DNA of 21,332 nucleotides from Chthonomonadales bacterium (GTDB lineage Bacteria > Armatimonadota > Chthonomonadetes > Chthonomonadales > CAJBBX01), in the NCBI GenBank assembly GCA_049967475.1, contig JBMFSQ010000018.1, positions 1 to 21,332 on the forward strand. The letters are read 5' to 3'. The notes beneath the pieces were generated by a model, which did no database searches, was not told the origin of the DNA, and worked only from the letters and a program-made list of their open reading frames with translations. Positions 18,754-21,332 of this stretch are shown here, piece after piece (within the stretch, counting starts at the first letter, position 1; every line of letters starts with the position of its first letter). The translations under genes and the position numbers were made by a program.

Positions 18754-20862
18754 ATGGACGAACTGCAATCGGGTGCCCGGCGCATCAACCGGGCGGGCCA
18801 GTGGCGTTCGGGCCTCGCCGTGATGGTGGGAGGTCTCCTGGCCTTCGAAACACTCACCGGTCTTTCCATCTATCTGCTCCCATTCAGCATCCCTAACCAG
18901 ATGGCGGTGCTGCTTCACACCGCTGGGGGGCTGGTCTTCGTAATCCCCTTCGCCGTGTACCAGCTTCGCCACTGGCTGATCTACCGCCGCTACGCGATGA
19001 CGCACATCAAATTGACCGGGTACATCGCTGTTTGGGCCCTGATCCTTTGCGGCGTGTCGGGCCTGGTGCTTACCTGGCAGGCTGCATTCGGGCGGCAGAT
19101 CGGGGTGGTTTGGGACCTGGTGCACATCATCACCACCTTCGCCATCATCGCCTTCGCCGTGCCCCATGTGGTGCTCATCATCCTTCGGGACCGCGCAGGC
19201 CGCTCCGGTGAAACTGCCGCACCGGTAGTACAGGCCCAGACCCGGTATGGGCTGGGGCTCGCGGGCATCTGCCTGTTCCTTCTGTTGGGCATCGCCCTTG
19301 CCTCGGAACTGTACGAACCGGTGCGCTACCGCAATGTCTTTCCAGCCGATTACAGCATGCCCTACGGCCCCAAGCAGCCCTTCACGCCCAGTTTGGCCAC
19401 TACAGCAACCGGCGGCGCCTACGACGCAGCCAGCCTCAGCGGGTCCAAAACATGCGGCCAGCGGGGCTGCCATGAAGACATCTACCGCGAATGGTCTGTA
19501 AGTGCCCACCGCTGGGCCTCCATGGATCCGGCCTTTCAGGGCATCCAGAACGTAATGGCCAAACAGAATGGGCCCGTGTCCACGCGCTATTGCGGAGGAT
19601 GCCATGATCCCATCTCGCTCTTTTCGGGCACGAAGAACATCTTTGCCGCGAACCTTACAGCTCTGGATGGGTATCAGGAAGGAGTATCGTGCATCGTCTG
19701 CCACGCGATCAAGAAGACGGATATCAAAGGGAACGCCAATTACGTCATCACCCAGCCTCGCCGGTATATCTTCGAGCAGAAGCCCGGCGCTGCGGCGCGC
19801 TTCGCAGCGAATTTCCTTATCCGCGCGTACCCCCGCATGCACAACAAGACCTTCAACCATCGCCTCTTCAAAAGCCCCGAGTTCTGCGCCGCCTGCCATA
19901 AGCAGTTCATAGACAAAGAAGTGAACAAGGTGGGTTGGGTGCAGCTTCAGAACCAGTACGATAACTGGCGCAAGAGCCACTGGAACACGCCGCACAATCC
20001 GCGCAGAACCATCGAATGCCGCGAATGCCACATGCCGCTTCAGAAGACGCGGGCAGACACGCTGGCCCGCAATCCCCTGGACTACAACCGCACACCCTTC
20101 GACGGCATGCACCGCAGCCACCGGTTCCTGGGAGCCAACCAGTTCATCCCGCCCACGCTCAAGCTCCCCGGTTGGCAAGAGCAGACCGCCCTTACGGAGA
20201 AGTGGCTCCAGGGCAAGATAGATATTCCGGAAATCGCCAGCAAATGGGCTACCGGACCGGCCGTTCCCATCTCCATCTCGGCTCCGCCTTCCGTTGCTGC
20301 CGGCACCACGGTGTCCCTAACTGTGGGCATCCACAGCAACAAAGTAGGGCATGACTTTCCCACGGGGCCCCTGGATATCATCCAATCGTGGCTCGAGGTG
20401 GAGGCGCGGGATGATGCCGGGCGGCTTGTGTACGCATCGGGACGCCTCGATGACCGCCACTTCATCGAGAAGGGATCCTTCATCTTCAGGGCGGAACCCG
20501 TGGACCAGAACGGCAACCTGATCGAGCGCCACAACCTCTGGGAAATGGTAGGCGTGCGTTACAAGCTCTCGATCTTCCCGGGCTTCTGGGACCACGCCGA
20601 GTTCTCCTTCCCCTGCCCGGCCAGCTTCGCGCCTGCTCAACCTGTGAAGGTGGCCCAGACGGTCAACGTGAAGGTCCCGGCGCGCTTCACTGGGAACCTG
20701 CACGTGCGGGCCCGATTGCGGTACCGCAAGATCGGGCAGTTCTTGGTCAACTTCGTGTTCGGGCCAAAGTCGGGCATCACGTGCCCGGTTACCGACCTCT
20801 CCACGGCGGAGGCGCTGATCCGCGTGAACCCGCCCGCTTCGAAGTTGGCAACCCTTCCATAG
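18754..20862 (+). CDS. Membrane-anchored multiheme c-type cytochrome (c554-like) with N-terminal 5-TM His-containing domain
   Basis: CGGCH, CIVCH, CAACH, CRECH plus CGQRGCH (CX4CH). Five hydrophobic helices at the N-terminus, GHDFPTG in the C-terminal beta-rich domain. SD GGGGAG. Confidence 0.88.
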   Translation: MDELQSGARRINRAGQWRSGLAVMVGGLLAFETLTGLSIYLLPFSIPNQMAVLLHTAGGLVFVIPFAVYQLRHWLIYRRYAMTHIKLTGYIAVWALILCGVSGLVLTWQAAFGRQIGVVWDLVHIITTFAIIAFAVPHVVLIILRDRAGRSGETAAPVVQAQTRYGLGLAGICLFLLLGIALASELYEPVRYRNVFPADYSMPYGPKQPFTPSLATTATGGAYDAASLSGSKTCGQRGCHEDIYREWSVSAHRWASMDPAFQGIQNVMAKQNGPVSTRYCGGCHDPISLFSGTKNIFAANLTALDGYQEGVSCIVCHAIKKTDIKGNANYVITQPRRYIFEQKPGAAARFAANFLIRAYPRMHNKTFNHRLFKSPEFCAACHKQFIDKEVNKVGWVQLQNQYDNWRKSHWNTPHNPRRTIECRECHMPLQKTRADTLARNPLDYNRTPFDGMHRSHRFLGANQFIPPTLKLPGWQEQTALTEKWLQGKIDIPEIASKWATGPAVPISISAPPSVAAGTTVSLTVGIHSNKVGHDFPTGPLDIIQSWLEVEARDDAGRLVYASGRLDDRHFIEKGSFIFRAEPVDQNGNLIERHNLWEMVGVRYKLSIFPGFWDHAEFSFPCPASFAPAQPVKVAQTVNVKVPARFTGNLHVRARLRYRKIGQFLVNFVFGPKSGITCPVTDLSTAEALIRVNPPASKLATLP

Positions 20863-20868
20863 CTTCGC

Positions 20869-20896
20869 GGAGGAGTACCCAACCGGGTGCTCCTCC
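20869..20896 (+). other. Intergenic stem-loop without U-tract
   Basis: GGAGGAGTACCC-AACC-GGGTGCTCCTCC forms a 12-bp stem with one G-U pair. Confidence 0.6.
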
Positions 20897-20919
20897 TGCC
20901 GAACGGATTGGAGTTCAGG

Positions 20920-21332
20920 ATGGTCTTATCCAAATCGCGCAGGCGCCGGCGCATCGCCACAACGCTGGTTCTGGCCGGCCTCTTTCTTGCCGGCGTCGCC
21001 GCTGTGCTGGCCCTCAGGCCCCGCCCCAAGGAATACATCCCCGGAGACAAGGTCCAGGGGCTGACCGAGAGCCTCGCTCGCGACATCCCCTCGGATTACC
21101 CAGGCATCACATTTGAGGATGTTACCCAAGCGTCGCACATCCGCTTCCGCCACTTTAGCGGCTCGCGCACCAGCCAGCTCCCTGAAGATATGGGCTCCGG
21201 CGCTGCGTGGGGCGACTACGACGGCGATGGGCGGCCGGATCTCTTCCTGCCTAATGAAGCCGGCCCTCTAACCCTTACGCACAGCCAGCTCGAAGCGTCT
21301 CCTGCGCAGTGCGCCCTCTACCACAACAATGG
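20920..21332 (+). CDS. CRTAC1/ASPIC-UnbV-type FG-GAP repeat protein, N-terminal part (runs off the window)
   Basis: Not in the ORF track. Translation from ATG 20920 gives MVLSKSRRRRRIATTLVLAGLFLAGV.. then FEDVT..SHIRFRH..LPEDMGSGAAWGDYDGDGRPDLFL.N..ALYHNN, and stays open to the window end. Confidence 0.85.
   Translation, partial: MVLSKSRRRRRIATTLVLAGLFLAGVAAVLALRPRPKEYIPGDKVQGLTESLARDIPSDYPGITFEDVTQASHIRFRHFSGSRTSQLPEDMGSGAAWGDYDGDGRPDLFLPNEAGPLTLTHSQLEASPAQCALYHNN

Noticed and set aside
18616..20178. 520-aa minus-strand ORF
   Set aside because: Antisense shadow of the cytochrome gene with no domain features.

Overview
GC-rich bacterial chromosomal segment with every credible gene on the + strand. 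Lineage cannot be fixed from sequence; gene content loosely suggests Armatimonadota or similar (inference). It starts with a sigma70-type promoter, a G5+3D-domain cell-wall protein and rsmA/ksgA. A second promoter and a PyrR-type attenuator lead into an expanded pyrimidine operon: pyrR, pyrB, pyrC, a YtcJ-like amidohydrolase, carA, an ArnT/PMT-like glycosyltransferase, an M1 aminopeptidase with HEAT repeats, and carB. carB is split at its inter-half linker into two genes, with a SAM methyltransferase and a CADD-like diiron oxidase between them. Next come a small Smr protein with an SmrB-hook-like motif at its C-terminus, a Tat-exported TIM-barrel epimerase and an AT-rich structured intergenic region. 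The window ends with a 5-TM multiheme cytochrome c and a CRTAC1/FG-GAP-like protein that runs off the edge. No mobile elements, CRISPR arrays, tRNA or rRNA were seen.
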